A DNA stretch of 64,000 nucleotides, from NCBI GenBank assembly GCA_964443495.1, contig CAYUCS010000003.1:4031-68030 (forward strand), in the 5' to 3' direction. The position numbers were made by a program, and so were the translations under genes. Below, in pieces: positions 51,773 to 60,994 of the stretch; the stretch's first letter is position 1; every line of letters starts with the position of its first letter. The notes beneath the pieces were generated by a model. It worked only from the letters and a program-made list of their open reading frames with translations. It searched no databases and was not told the DNA's origin. The DNA is from an uncultured Gammaproteobacteria bacterium. GTDB lineage: Bacteria; Patescibacteriota; Patescibacteriia; Patescibacteriales; GWE2-39-37.

Positions 51773-51862
51773 AAAATAGCTTAAGAATAACGGAGTTATT
51801 CTGCCACAAAAACGATAAAAAAGCCAGGGTCAGCTTGCGTGACTGAAAAATCCCTTGTCTGC

Positions 51863-51890
51863 AAAAAAACAACCGCCAAGACGGTTGTTT
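51863..51890 (-). terminator. Rho-independent terminator of glyA
   Basis: 9-bp stem aaacaaccg/cggttgttt with a U7 run on the minus strand. Confidence 0.75.
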
Positions 51891-51903
51891 GATGTGATAT
51901 CGA

Positions 51904-53148
51904 TCAAAAGCTCGGGATAGGAAATTTGTCGCATAGCATCCGGACAGACTCCTTGAGCGACTTCAGCTTAAATTCATCATCTTTATGCTCTATTGCCTCT
52001 GCAATAACACGAGAAATGTCGGCCATTTCCTCTTGCCCCATGCCACGGGTAGTGACTGCCGCCGCACCCAAGCGCAAGCCGGACGGATTCATGGGAGGAT
52101 TCGGGTCAAAAGGCACCGTTGAGCGAGACGTCGAGATTCCGACCTTGTCCAGAAGCACCTCGGCTTCTTTGCCGGCCAACCCCTTGCTAGTCAAATCGAC
52201 CACGAACAGGTGATTGTCCGTACCGCCAGATACGATGTCAAAGCCGGATTTTATCAATCCATCCGCCATCGCTTGAGCATTCAAGATGACCTGTTTGGCA
52301 TATGCCCCGAATTCCGGACGCAAGGCCTCGGCGAATGCCACAGCCTTTGCAGCTGTATTATTATCATGGGGTCCACCCTGCATTCCTGGAAAAACCGCAC
52401 GATCGATCTGTTTGGCAAATTGCTCTTTGCACATGATCATAGCTCCACGCGGCCCGCGCAATGTCTTGTGCGTCGTAGTCGAAACGACATCGAAAATTGG
52501 CACGGGATTTTCCAACTGCTTGCCGGCTATCAGTCCGGCAATGTGAGCTATGTCAGCAAATGTATACGCCCCGACCTCATCTGCTATTTCTTTGAATTTT
52601 TTCCACTCCAAGTCGCGTGAATAGGCAGAAAATCCAGCCAAAATCATCTTAGGCTTCTCCCGCAAAGCGATTTCGCGGACTCTTTCCATGTCTATCCGGC
52701 CAGTTTCCTTATCGACTTCATACTGCACGAAATTATAAAGCATGCCGGAAAAATTGACCGGATGGCCGTGAGACAGGTGACCGCCATGATCTAGCTTTAA
52801 GCCTAAAACCGTATCCCCAGGCTTCAGTAGAGCGAAATAAACCGCCGCATTAGCGGGTGAGCCTGATAACGGTTGCACATTGACATGATCGGCCCCGAAT
52901 AGCTCCTTGGCCCGCTCGATTGCCAACTCTTCGATCGTATCGACGTTCTCATTGCCAGAATAATAACGTTTTCCGGAATAACCTTCACTGTATTTATTGG
53001 TAAAAATGGAGCCCAAAGCCTCTTGCACTGCCACTGAGACATAATTCTCACTAGCGATCAATTCGATTCCGGTCCTCTGCCGCTCGATTTCCTTGGACAG
53101 GGCCTGATAGACGGCCGGATCCTGTTCGGCCAAGATTTTATACTCCAT
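51904..53148 (-). CDS. glyA: serine hydroxymethyltransferase
   Basis: LIASENY and the PLP site TTTHKTLRGPRG; 414 aa, ending at a TGA stop. Confidence 0.95.
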   Translation of the reverse strand: MEYKILAEQDPAVYQALSKEIERQRTGIELIASENYVSVAVQEALGSIFTNKYSEGYSGKRYYSGNENVDTIEELAIERAKELFGADHVNVQPLSGSPANAAVYFALLKPGDTVLGLKLDHGGHLSHGHPVNFSGMLYNFVQYEVDKETGRIDMERVREIALREKPKMILAGFSAYSRDLEWKKFKEIADEVGAYTFADIAHIAGLIAGKQLENPVPIFDVVSTTTHKTLRGPRGAMIMCKEQFAKQIDRAVFPGMQGGPHDNNTAAKAVAFAEALRPEFGAYAKQVILNAQAMADGLIKSGFDIVSGGTDNHLFVVDLTSKGLAGKEAEVLLDKVGISTSRSTVPFDPNPPMNPSGLRLGAAAVTTRGMGQEEMADISRVIAEAIEHKDDEFKLKSLKESVRMLCDKFPIPSF

Positions 53149-53205
53149 ATTTTGGCTAAAATTAATATAATTATCTATATGTTACCGCTATTCCGACCCT
53201 TTGTC

Positions 53206-53235
53206 AAAAAAGAAAGGAGCAGTCAAACCTGCTCC
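53206..53235 (-). terminator. Rho-independent terminator
   Basis: ggagcag/ctgctcc followed by a U-run on the minus strand. Confidence 0.7.
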
Positions 53236-53267
53236 CATTGGATAGAATTTTATTTTTTTCAAAAGCG

Positions 53268-54782
53268 CTACAAGGCATTTTGCGACTCGGCCATTGTCGC
53301 GCCGATAGCGTCGCCGATGTAGTCCGTCGGGTTTTCCAAGATACGCCGGATATTTTCCGGCAGCCCAGCAGACAAGCCGGGGCTCAAATGCTCTGCCGCA
53401 TCGCCAAGCGAGATGTCTGCTGACGCAGCCAACGGGACGACATGCTCATTGACGAACGTATGGGCATCAGGCAAGCCGTTGCGTTGCAACGATAGGTGAA
53501 GCAATTCTGCAGGCATCAGGCTGGCGTCTTCATTGAGGTTCACAAGGCAGCGCTCCTTGTCGACCTTGAGATTCTTCAACCATCGCTCCGTATTAAGGAG
53601 CTGCTGATAGAGATAGACGATCATGGCGGTATAGCCGCGCATGACGCAGCTGCCGCTGATATCCCGACCGAAGTCGCTGATACCGTTGATAAGCAGCTTG
53701 TTGTACTCGCCGACCATGATGCGATGCATGCCGTACATGTTCTCAGCAGTAACCGGATTGCTCCGCTTGTGGGACATGGTCGAAGATTTCGAGCCGACGC
53801 TTTCGAGCTCCTTGTAAGCTGAGCTTTGTAGCTGCCGGGCGTCGTCGCCCAAGTTCCCCAAAGCGATGGAAGCATTCACCAATTCGTGATAAGCGCGACC
53901 CAAGCTTTCCGGCTGGACAATCTGCGTGCTAAGCGGGCATTTGGCCAGGCCGAGCTTGGCAAGGACCATGTCCTCACCTTCGGTCGTGCCAAGCAATTCC
54001 AACTGTGCTGCCCTAGTGCCCACAGCGCCCGAGAATTTGCCCTCGACCAGCAGAGCCATTGCTTGAGCCTTGATGCAAGTCCTGGCAAAACGATTGTGAC
54101 GTTCGGCCAGCCAGAACCCGAAGGTTATAGGCAGGGCATTGATCAGATGGGTCCGGCCAGCCTGACGCACCTCGGCATAATCTGCCATCGCTTGCCGCCA
54201 CAAAAGACTGACTTGCTGCATTTTCGGATACACGACACCCAAGAAGCACGACTGATACTGCAGAGCGTAGGCGCAGCAGATCTTGTCATACGACGTCGCT
54301 CCGAAGTGGCGCCAACGCCGCAGCGGTTCCGGCAAAATCTGATCCATCAGATAGAGCAGGGCATTGATATCATGCCCCGTGCCTTCGCCGCGGTACTTAC
54401 CCACCCCTTTTTCCTTATCATCCATCATCTTGGTGGTAATGTTTTCGAGCAGCAAGTGGAGCAGCTCGGGCGTCAGGTACGCGATCGTGCTGTCCGGCAT
54501 GCGGTCTTGCGGCCGATCGAACATGCCTTCCAGGGACATCTGCGCCAAGGTCTCGAGCCAGGCCCACTCCACCAAAATAAGCCAGCCGGCCCATTGGTCA
54601 TAACCAAGATACGGCTCAAGCTCTTTCGGCTGATAACGTCCGCCTTCGCCCGGCATCGTCAGCTTGCGCCCGCTCAGATCCATGGTTGTCAGGTATTTGA
54701 TACCCTCGCTGACCTCCCCGCTTCGCTGCACGGTCGCGACTCCATCCGGCCTTACTTGTGGAACAACCTTTTCATGTTGCAT
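53268..54782 (-). CDS. fumarate-lyase-superfamily enzyme (adenylosuccinate-lyase-like)
   Basis: Signature-like GSKSSTMSHKRSNP, which is 1 aa longer than the canonical SSxMPxKxNP. 504 aa with an N-terminal extension. SD GGAGGG. Confidence 0.55.
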   Translation of the reverse strand: MQHEKVVPQVRPDGVATVQRSGEVSEGIKYLTTMDLSGRKLTMPGEGGRYQPKELEPYLGYDQWAGWLILVEWAWLETLAQMSLEGMFDRPQDRMPDSTIAYLTPELLHLLLENITTKMMDDKEKGVGKYRGEGTGHDINALLYLMDQILPEPLRRWRHFGATSYDKICCAYALQYQSCFLGVVYPKMQQVSLLWRQAMADYAEVRQAGRTHLINALPITFGFWLAERHNRFARTCIKAQAMALLVEGKFSGAVGTRAAQLELLGTTEGEDMVLAKLGLAKCPLSTQIVQPESLGRAYHELVNASIALGNLGDDARQLQSSAYKELESVGSKSSTMSHKRSNPVTAENMYGMHRIMVGEYNKLLINGISDFGRDISGSCVMRGYTAMIVYLYQQLLNTERWLKNLKVDKERCLVNLNEDASLMPAELLHLSLQRNGLPDAHTFVNEHVVPLAASADISLGDAAEHLSPGLSAGLPENIRRILENPTDYIGDAIGATMAESQNAL

Positions 54783-54904
54783 CGCTTAACCCTCCTGTCT
54801 TGAATAATGTGCAAAATTACCCAAACCTTACGTCAAAAACGCCTTTTTGTCAAAACAAAAAAAGGGCGCAAACCCTTTTTTAAACACTTTATCAACTTAT
54901 GAAA

Positions 54905-55501
54905 TCAGCGCGATTTTTTCAGCTTGTGGTAAGTCATGCGCTTCAAACCGCTCCACCAATCGTAAAAATCCGTCTTTTTCATCTGCTTTATCAATAATTT
55001 GGCAGACTCGGTCTCAACGGCCCGTTCGACATTCTTGATCCAATCAACTGCCGAAAGGTGGCCTGTATCATAGTATTCTTTAGCCTGAAAAGCCGTTTCC
55101 AGCCAATCGGCATCCTTGGCGACGACACCTTCTTTGGTAGTCCTTCCTTCAAATTCCTCAAAATACCCCAACCATTTTTTCTCGATTTCCTTGCCAAGAC
55201 CCTCGATCTGATCCTTAAAAGCCTTGGCCTCGCCTTCTTTTTTGGAAAAATACCTGGCCGATACCTTGTTCTGGTCCCCCGTCCTGGCCTCGGCATTGTC
55301 ATGGATCAAAAGCATGCAAGCAACTTTCTCCGGATCAGCTCCTTCCAGGGCCGCCAAGATATATCCTATCTGGGCAGCGCGCAGCTGATGCTCGGCCACC
55401 GATGGCGGTTGAGCAACGCCGGCCAAAAACCAGCCGGAGTGGCGTTGCCGTTTCAATTGATTGATTTCGAAAATAAAATTTACAACCCTTTTTACGTTCA
55501 T
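54905..55501 (-). CDS. HD-domain phosphohydrolase (YfbR-like 5'-nucleotidase)
   Basis: SVAEHQLR...LIHDNAEARTGD. Confidence 0.65.
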   Translation of the reverse strand: MNVKRVVNFIFEINQLKRQRHSGWFLAGVAQPPSVAEHQLRAAQIGYILAALEGADPEKVACMLLIHDNAEARTGDQNKVSARYFSKKEGEAKAFKDQIEGLGKEIEKKWLGYFEEFEGRTTKEGVVAKDADWLETAFQAKEYYDTGHLSAVDWIKNVERAVETESAKLLIKQMKKTDFYDWWSGLKRMTYHKLKKSR

Positions 55502-55551
55502 ATGTTTGATTTATGCGAAAGGCTTATCATTTGCAGTATAGCACACCCGGC

Positions 55552-57153
55552 TCAAGCCGGCAGCTTCTTGATCATATAACTTTTATTCAGCCGATAGCCC
55601 GCTTTGCGATAATAGCCGCGCACCCCTACCCCGGCAATGATCGCGATTTTTCCGTAACCCGAGTCTAAGGCATCGGCTTCAGCCTCGTTAAGCAGCTTGC
55701 GGCCCAAACCGCTATGCTGCGTTTTCTGCTTCCCGCCCACCGGCACCAATTCGCCATAGACATGCAACTCGCGGACGATTGCCGCTCCAGACAGGATGTC
55801 GGGACCCGTCGACGGCAAGAACAGGCGGCAAAAGCCGTAAAGGACCTTGCGATCAGGGGTGGCAAACTCGATAAACCTCTCGCGCCCCCCGCTTACCTCA
55901 TATTCGTCTTCGTGCAGCTTGACCGATCCTTCTTTCTGGTCCCGAACTTCGCGGCAACGGATACACTTGCACACGACTCCGCGCTGTTGCATGACTTGCC
56001 TCAAGTTAGTAACTGTGTTGCCGGCAACGATCGATTCGCCCGGTATGTCGCGTATCAACCGGATCACCCTGACATATGGCGGTATGGCCGCCTTGCAATC
56101 GACGATCAGCTTCTGCAAAGACTTGTCGCTATAAGGCTTATACTTCCCTTGGCGCCACCACTCATAGAGCAGGCTCCCCTTGGTCACGACCGTGGGGTAA
56201 AATTTTATCTGATCCGGCTGAAATCGCTTATCCGCGAACAGGGTCTTGAACATTTTCAAGTCTTTGGCGGGCGTCGCGCCGGGCAGCCCTGGCATGAGAT
56301 GATAGGTGATCTTAAAGCCAAAGCTGCGCAGCAAGGCGGTCGCTTCAGTTACGGATGCCAAATCGTGACCGCGGCGGTTGATTTTCAATATTTTGTCATC
56401 GATCGCCTGCACGCCAAGCTCGACCCTGGTGCAACCTAACTCTCGCATTTCCAGCAACTCTTTTTCATTGATATAGTCCGGCCGCGTCTCCAAGGTGACG
56501 CCGATAATCTTATGCTTAGCCCCTTCGTTTCTCTTCTGCTCTTTGGTTAACAGCTCTTTTAGCCTTTCAATTTTGAATTTTGAATCGTAATTTTGATTTT
56601 TGATTTTCCCGCCCTCATGGACAAGTGATTTTTGATTTTTTGCAAAATCATTCGCCGCCTTAAAGCAGTTAGCAAGGTACCAATATTTATATTCGATCGG
56701 CAAAACGCTCCAGGTTCCGCCGATTACGATCAACTCGATCTTGGTCGGTTCATGGCCGTTGGCCGTGAGCGCTCGCAGGCGATATTGCACTTGCTTGTAC
56801 GGATCATAATCGCAATGGATAGCACGCATGACCGCCGGCTCATTCGAAAGATAGCTTTGCGGCACGTCCTTTTCGGTCGGGCAATAGGCGCACTTTCCCG
56901 GACAGGCAAACGGTTTGGTCAGCACAGCCACTGGCGCAATGCCGGACATGGTCCGGATCGACCGACGACGCAATAAGCGCTGAAGCTCTCGTGCGCTTTC
57001 CCCGCTCGGCAACTCAGCCAGCAACTCTGTGTTGGTCGGCATGCCCTTGCCAAATCGCTTAGCTAAGCGACGTTTGACCGCCATCAGCTCCTCCCTGGTC
57101 TTGGCGCCAGAAGACAACAGCTCCGTTACAATGTTTTTACTCAAATTTTCCAT
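55552..57153 (-). CDS. Elp3-like radical SAM plus GNAT acetyltransferase (tRNA U34 modification type)
   Basis: CPGKCAYCP (CxxxCxxC), an Elp3-type central region, and C-terminal GNAT HSGLGRKLLNEAE. Confidence 0.75.
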   Translation of the reverse strand: MENLSKNIVTELLSSGAKTREELMAVKRRLAKRFGKGMPTNTELLAELPSGESARELQRLLRRRSIRTMSGIAPVAVLTKPFACPGKCAYCPTEKDVPQSYLSNEPAVMRAIHCDYDPYKQVQYRLRALTANGHEPTKIELIVIGGTWSVLPIEYKYWYLANCFKAANDFAKNQKSLVHEGGKIKNQNYDSKFKIERLKELLTKEQKRNEGAKHKIIGVTLETRPDYINEKELLEMRELGCTRVELGVQAIDDKILKINRRGHDLASVTEATALLRSFGFKITYHLMPGLPGATPAKDLKMFKTLFADKRFQPDQIKFYPTVVTKGSLLYEWWRQGKYKPYSDKSLQKLIVDCKAAIPPYVRVIRLIRDIPGESIVAGNTVTNLRQVMQQRGVVCKCIRCREVRDQKEGSVKLHEDEYEVSGGRERFIEFATPDRKVLYGFCRLFLPSTGPDILSGAAIVRELHVYGELVPVGGKQKTQHSGLGRKLLNEAEADALDSGYGKIAIIAGVGVRGYYRKAGYRLNKSYMIKKLPA

Positions 57154-57222
57154 GGTTTGACTTTTGGCCTTGCTGTGATAGGCTTATATTAAGCAAATAC
57201 TAACCCATTTAACCATAAAAGC

Positions 57223-58365
57223 ATGACAAAAACAAGCAAGATCATACTGTTTTTGCTCTTTGGATTTTTGGCCTGGCCAGTAACGGCCCTAGCCTTCACC
57301 GCCAAAGCTGGCGACTCTATCAATCTCGCCAAAGGCGAAGTGATTGATGGCAACCTTTACCTGGCTGGCGCCAACCTGAACATCGAAGGCAAAGTAACCG
57401 GCGACGTCATCTGCGCCGGACAGACTATCAATATCACGGGAACGGTTTTGGGCGACGTCATCTGCGCCGGACAGACTATCAATGTCGGCGGCCAGGTTGC
57501 CGGCAACCTGCGCGTGTTAGCCAGCTCGATCAACCTGACTGGCCAAGTTAACAAGAACGCCAACATGGCAGCCGCTTCCATCAACACCAGCGCCAGCTCC
57601 TCGATCGGCTGGGAAATGCTTTTTGCCGCTAGTGTCGCTGAACTCAAGGGCAAAGTGGCCTATGACCTGACCGGGGCTGCCAACACCGTGACTCTTGCCG
57701 GCCAAGTCGGCAAAGACGTGAAGCTTAAAATCGACAACCAACGCAACAATAATCCTGGCTTAAGGATAGCTAGCGGCGCCATTATCGATGGCAAGCTATC
57801 ATACACCGACAAGCAAGACGCCGTGATAGAGCAGGGCTCCAAGATCGCAGGCGAAATCTCACGCAACCCCGCCAAAATCAGGCAAGTCGATAAACGCGAC
57901 ATCTTTCTGGCCTGGCTTTGGGAACGCGCCATCAGTCTTTTCACCATCATCGCGATCGGCCTGCTCTTGGTCGGGCTTTGGCCCAAGGGCATCAACGGCA
58001 CCAAAGATCAGCTAGTCAAATACTACGGCAAGTCTTTCGGCTGGGGCTTTGTCGCGCTCTTCCTGACACCAATCGCCATGCTGATATTGCTGATTTCGAT
58101 GGTAGGCATTTGGCTGTCGCTGATCTTATTTATGATCTGGTTCATTGCCTTGTGGGTCGCCAAAACGCTAGTCATGATCGGAGTCGGCCACTACCTGGCT
58201 GAACGTTTTGCCAAAAAATACGCTCACCGCCCGATGGTCACCATGCTATCAGGAATCACGCTTTGCTGGCTCGTCTTTAGCATCCCGGTCATAGGCGGAT
58301 TCTTGGCCTTCTTGTCCACCATCTTCGGGCTTGGCGCAACAATCCTGCACCTAAAGAACGCTTAA
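57223..58365 (+). CDS. bactofilin-like beta-helix repeat protein with a signal peptide and C-terminal TM bundle
   Basis: Signal peptide ending ALAF, GxxxG[DN]xxxxGxxxxxxG repeats (GKVTGDVICAGQTINITGTVLGDVICAGQTINVGGQVAGN) and about four C-terminal TM segments. Confidence 0.45.
   Translation: MTKTSKIILFLLFGFLAWPVTALAFTAKAGDSINLAKGEVIDGNLYLAGANLNIEGKVTGDVICAGQTINITGTVLGDVICAGQTINVGGQVAGNLRVLASSINLTGQVNKNANMAAASINTSASSSIGWEMLFAASVAELKGKVAYDLTGAANTVTLAGQVGKDVKLKIDNQRNNNPGLRIASGAIIDGKLSYTDKQDAVIEQGSKIAGEISRNPAKIRQVDKRDIFLAWLWERAISLFTIIAIGLLLVGLWPKGINGTKDQLVKYYGKSFGWGFVALFLTPIAMLILLISMVGIWLSLILFMIWFIALWVAKTLVMIGVGHYLAERFAKKYAHRPMVTMLSGITLCWLVFSIPVIGGFLAFLSTIFGLGATILHLKNA
57400..57483 (+). repeat. 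33-bp perfect direct repeat spaced 51 bp apart (one 17-codon beta-helix turn duplicated)
   Basis: ggcgacgtcatctgcgccggacagactatcaat occurs at 57400-57432 and again at 57451-57483. Confidence 0.9.
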
Positions 58366-58428
58366 CAATTCACCACTTGCTGCTATAATTAAAAGAGGGC
58401 GATTCCGCCCTCTTTTATAATCAACCTT

Positions 58429-59790
58429 ATGAATATCAACCCAGGAATTTTCAAGGCCTACGACATCCGCGGCATCTTCGGTCAGGATTTTGATGAAAAA
58501 CACGCTTACCAGATTGCCCAATCCTACATTAAAGTCATCAAACCAAAAGGCACGGTAGCTGTCGGCATGGATGTCCGCCTTTCATCGCCCAAAATTAAAA
58601 AAGCGGTCATCAAGGGGTTAACTGATGCCGGCGTCAATGTTTTGGATATCGGACTCAGCTCGACGGAAATGTATTATTTTGCGGTCGGCCACTACAAGCT
58701 AGGTGGCGGCATCCAAGTAACTGCTTCGCACAACCCCAAGGAATATAACGGCTTCAAAATGGTCAAGGGCGATGTCGAACCCATCCACAAAGACAACGGC
58801 ATCCACCAAATTCGCGATCTTGTCGCAAGCGATCCCAAGCCCACCATCAAGGCAAAAAAAGGTTCTGTCAAAAAGCTCAATGTTCTTGATGACTTCTGCC
58901 GCTTCGCTATCCGCTTTCTCGACCAAGAAATCATCAGCCCTAAAATTATTGTCATCAACCCGAATTTCGGTTACGAAGGAGAGGTGGTCAAGCGCTTCGT
59001 CAAATTATATAAGCTCCCTTGGAAACTGGTCGGGCTTAATGATAAGCCTGACGGTTCTTTCCCCAAGGGCAGGCCTGATCCTTTTGTTCCTGAAAACCGC
59101 CCGGAATTCGAAGCTTTGACGAAGTCGTCAGGCGCCGATCTCGGCGTGGCTTGGGACGCTGACGCCGATCGTGTCTTTTTTTGCGACGACAAAGGCCGCT
59201 TCATCGAATCCTACTACACCAACCACCTCCTGATAATGTCGCTCTTAGAAAAGCGCAAGGGCGAAAAGATCGTCTATGATCCGCGTTACACTTGGGCGTT
59301 GACCGACGCTGCCAAGGAAATGAAGGGCAAGGCCGTGCTTGAGCGGGTCGGCCACTCCTACATAAAAGAACGCATGCGCAAAGAGAATGCCATCTTTTCC
59401 GGAGAATCCAGCGGTCATACCTACTTCCGCGATTTCTGGTTCGCAGATACAGGCCTCTTGCCTGTACTCGTACTGATGAACCTGCTCAACCACACTGGCA
59501 AGAAAATGTCACAACTGATCGAACCGGTCATGAAGAAATATCCGATGTCCGGCGAAATCAATTCTATCGTCGATAATCCTAAAAAGGTGGTGGCCACTAT
59601 CGAAAAGCTCTACAAAAAAGGAGGCAAGATCAACAAGCTCGACGGCCTGTCGATCGAATTTGCGGAGTGGCGCTTCAATCTGCGCGAATCAAACACTGAA
59701 CCGCTCTTGCGGCTTAATGTTGAAGGTAAAAGCAAGGCAATCGTAAGCCAAAAAACCAAGGAATTATTAAAAGTCATCCGCTCCAAATAG
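58429..59790 (+). CDS. phosphomannomutase/phosphoglucomutase
   Basis: Active site TASHNPKEYNGFK, metal loop DADADR, and sugar loop GESSGH. Confidence 0.85.
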   Translation: MNINPGIFKAYDIRGIFGQDFDEKHAYQIAQSYIKVIKPKGTVAVGMDVRLSSPKIKKAVIKGLTDAGVNVLDIGLSSTEMYYFAVGHYKLGGGIQVTASHNPKEYNGFKMVKGDVEPIHKDNGIHQIRDLVASDPKPTIKAKKGSVKKLNVLDDFCRFAIRFLDQEIISPKIIVINPNFGYEGEVVKRFVKLYKLPWKLVGLNDKPDGSFPKGRPDPFVPENRPEFEALTKSSGADLGVAWDADADRVFFCDDKGRFIESYYTNHLLIMSLLEKRKGEKIVYDPRYTWALTDAAKEMKGKAVLERVGHSYIKERMRKENAIFSGESSGHTYFRDFWFADTGLLPVLVLMNLLNHTGKKMSQLIEPVMKKYPMSGEINSIVDNPKKVVATIEKLYKKGGKINKLDGLSIEFAEWRFNLRESNTEPLLRLNVEGKSKAIVSQKTKELLKVIRSK

Positions 59791-59923
59791 CTCCCTTGAC
59801 CGGTCAGCAACATTCTGTTATGATACAGTCAAACAAAAATAGTCGTTTTTCGGCTATTTTTGTTTGACACAATCCGCCCTGGGCGGAGGCCAGATGCCCT
59901 GGATAAGAACAGGGGCATCCATT

Positions 59924-59997
59924 GGAGCGGTAGTTCAGTTGGTTAGAACGCTGCCCTGTCACGGCAGAGGTCGCGGGTTCGAGTCCCGTCCGCTCCG
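59924..59997 (+). tRNA. tRNA-Asp(GTC)
   Basis: Acceptor GGAGCGG/CCGCTCC, anticodon loop CTGTCAC, T-arm GCGGGTTCGAGTCCCGT. Confidence 0.9.
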
Positions 59998-60007
59998 CAA
60001 TAAAAAA

Positions 60008-60036
60008 AGACCCCTTAGTTGGGGTTCTTTTTTTAT
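60008..60036 (+). terminator. Rho-independent terminator
   Basis: gacccc/ggggtt stem followed by T7. Confidence 0.65.
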
Positions 60037-60090
60037 TTTATTTTTATGACTAAAAGGGCTATAATTACGGCAGATTAATAAACTTACTTT

Positions 60091-60984
60091 ATGTCCTTCA
60101 ACAAAAAGTTTTTCCTGTCATTATTCGCCTGCCTTTTCTTGGCTTTTCCAATAGACACCCAAGCCGCTGAGGCTAGAATCTTCTTATCTTCAGGCGCTGG
60201 CGCTTATCTCGCTGGCAAGGACCTGACCACCAGGCTCATGATCAATAGCGGCGGAGGTAATGGCATCAACGCTGCCGAGGGGGTTATCAAATACGACCCT
60301 AAAAAGATAAAAATCAAAAAGATTGTCAAAGACGGTTCAATCTTTGATCTTTGGGCCAAGGAGCCAGCCATCAACAGCCAAAAAGGCGAAATCACCTTCA
60401 GTGGCGGCACGACCAAGGCCTTTACCGGCTCGCTCGGCTTGATTCTGAAGGTGCAGCTCTCTCCGCTTTCGTCTGGCAATCATTCACTCGAGATGTCCAC
60501 CGGTACAACCATGGCTTTGGCTGCTAACGGGCTGGCGGAAAACATCACCAAAGATGTCGATGGCGGAGACTATATCTTCGGTAACTCCGGCACCGTATCC
60601 GACGCCGAAAAAATCCGCAACAAGATGCTTGGACGCATCCTTTTACAGGTTGAGAAGTCTGGCCGATCCTGGTACGTTTACCCTGGCGATCGCATGCGAT
60701 ACTTCCTTGGCCGACCAGCCGACGCGTTCAACCTGATGCGCAAGCTTGGCCTTGGCGTAAATCACGCCTATATCAAAAAATATGAGATGGGGGCCTTCCC
60801 GGCCACTGTTTCGGGAAAAATTCTGCTCGATGTAGAGGACAGCGGCAAGGCCTACTACATCAACCCGACCGACCGCAAAGCCTACTACCTTGGCCGGCCG
60901 GCCGACGCCTTCCAAGTAATGCGAAAACTCGGCCTTGGAATTTCTAACGACTTGATCAAAAAAATCCCCGACTGGGCGATCTAA
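60091..60984 (+). CDS. secreted protein: cohesin-like N-domain plus two ~50-aa C-terminal repeats
   Basis: Signal peptide ending TQA. GINAAEGVIKYDPKKIKI resembles cohesin-type domains. Tandem repeats G[RK]ILL.VE.SG...Y[VI].P.DR..Y[FY]LGRPADAF..MRKLGLG[VI] are present. Confidence 0.4.
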   Translation: MSFNKKFFLSLFACLFLAFPIDTQAAEARIFLSSGAGAYLAGKDLTTRLMINSGGGNGINAAEGVIKYDPKKIKIKKIVKDGSIFDLWAKEPAINSQKGEITFSGGTTKAFTGSLGLILKVQLSPLSSGNHSLEMSTGTTMALAANGLAENITKDVDGGDYIFGNSGTVSDAEKIRNKMLGRILLQVEKSGRSWYVYPGDRMRYFLGRPADAFNLMRKLGLGVNHAYIKKYEMGAFPATVSGKILLDVEDSGKAYYINPTDRKAYYLGRPADAFQVMRKLGLGISNDLIKKIPDWAI

Positions 60985-60994
60985 TCTAAAAACC

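Noticed and set aside
53886-54803. 305-aa ORF antisense to the PurB-like lyase. Similar long antisense ORFs lie at 19047-19979, 12345-13091, 29698-30309, 55714-56439, 44262-44921, 36369-36878 and 11510-12082.
   Set aside because: All lie entirely inside better-supported genes with recognisable motifs. They have Arg/Gly/Pro-rich junk-like sequences and no SD or promoter.
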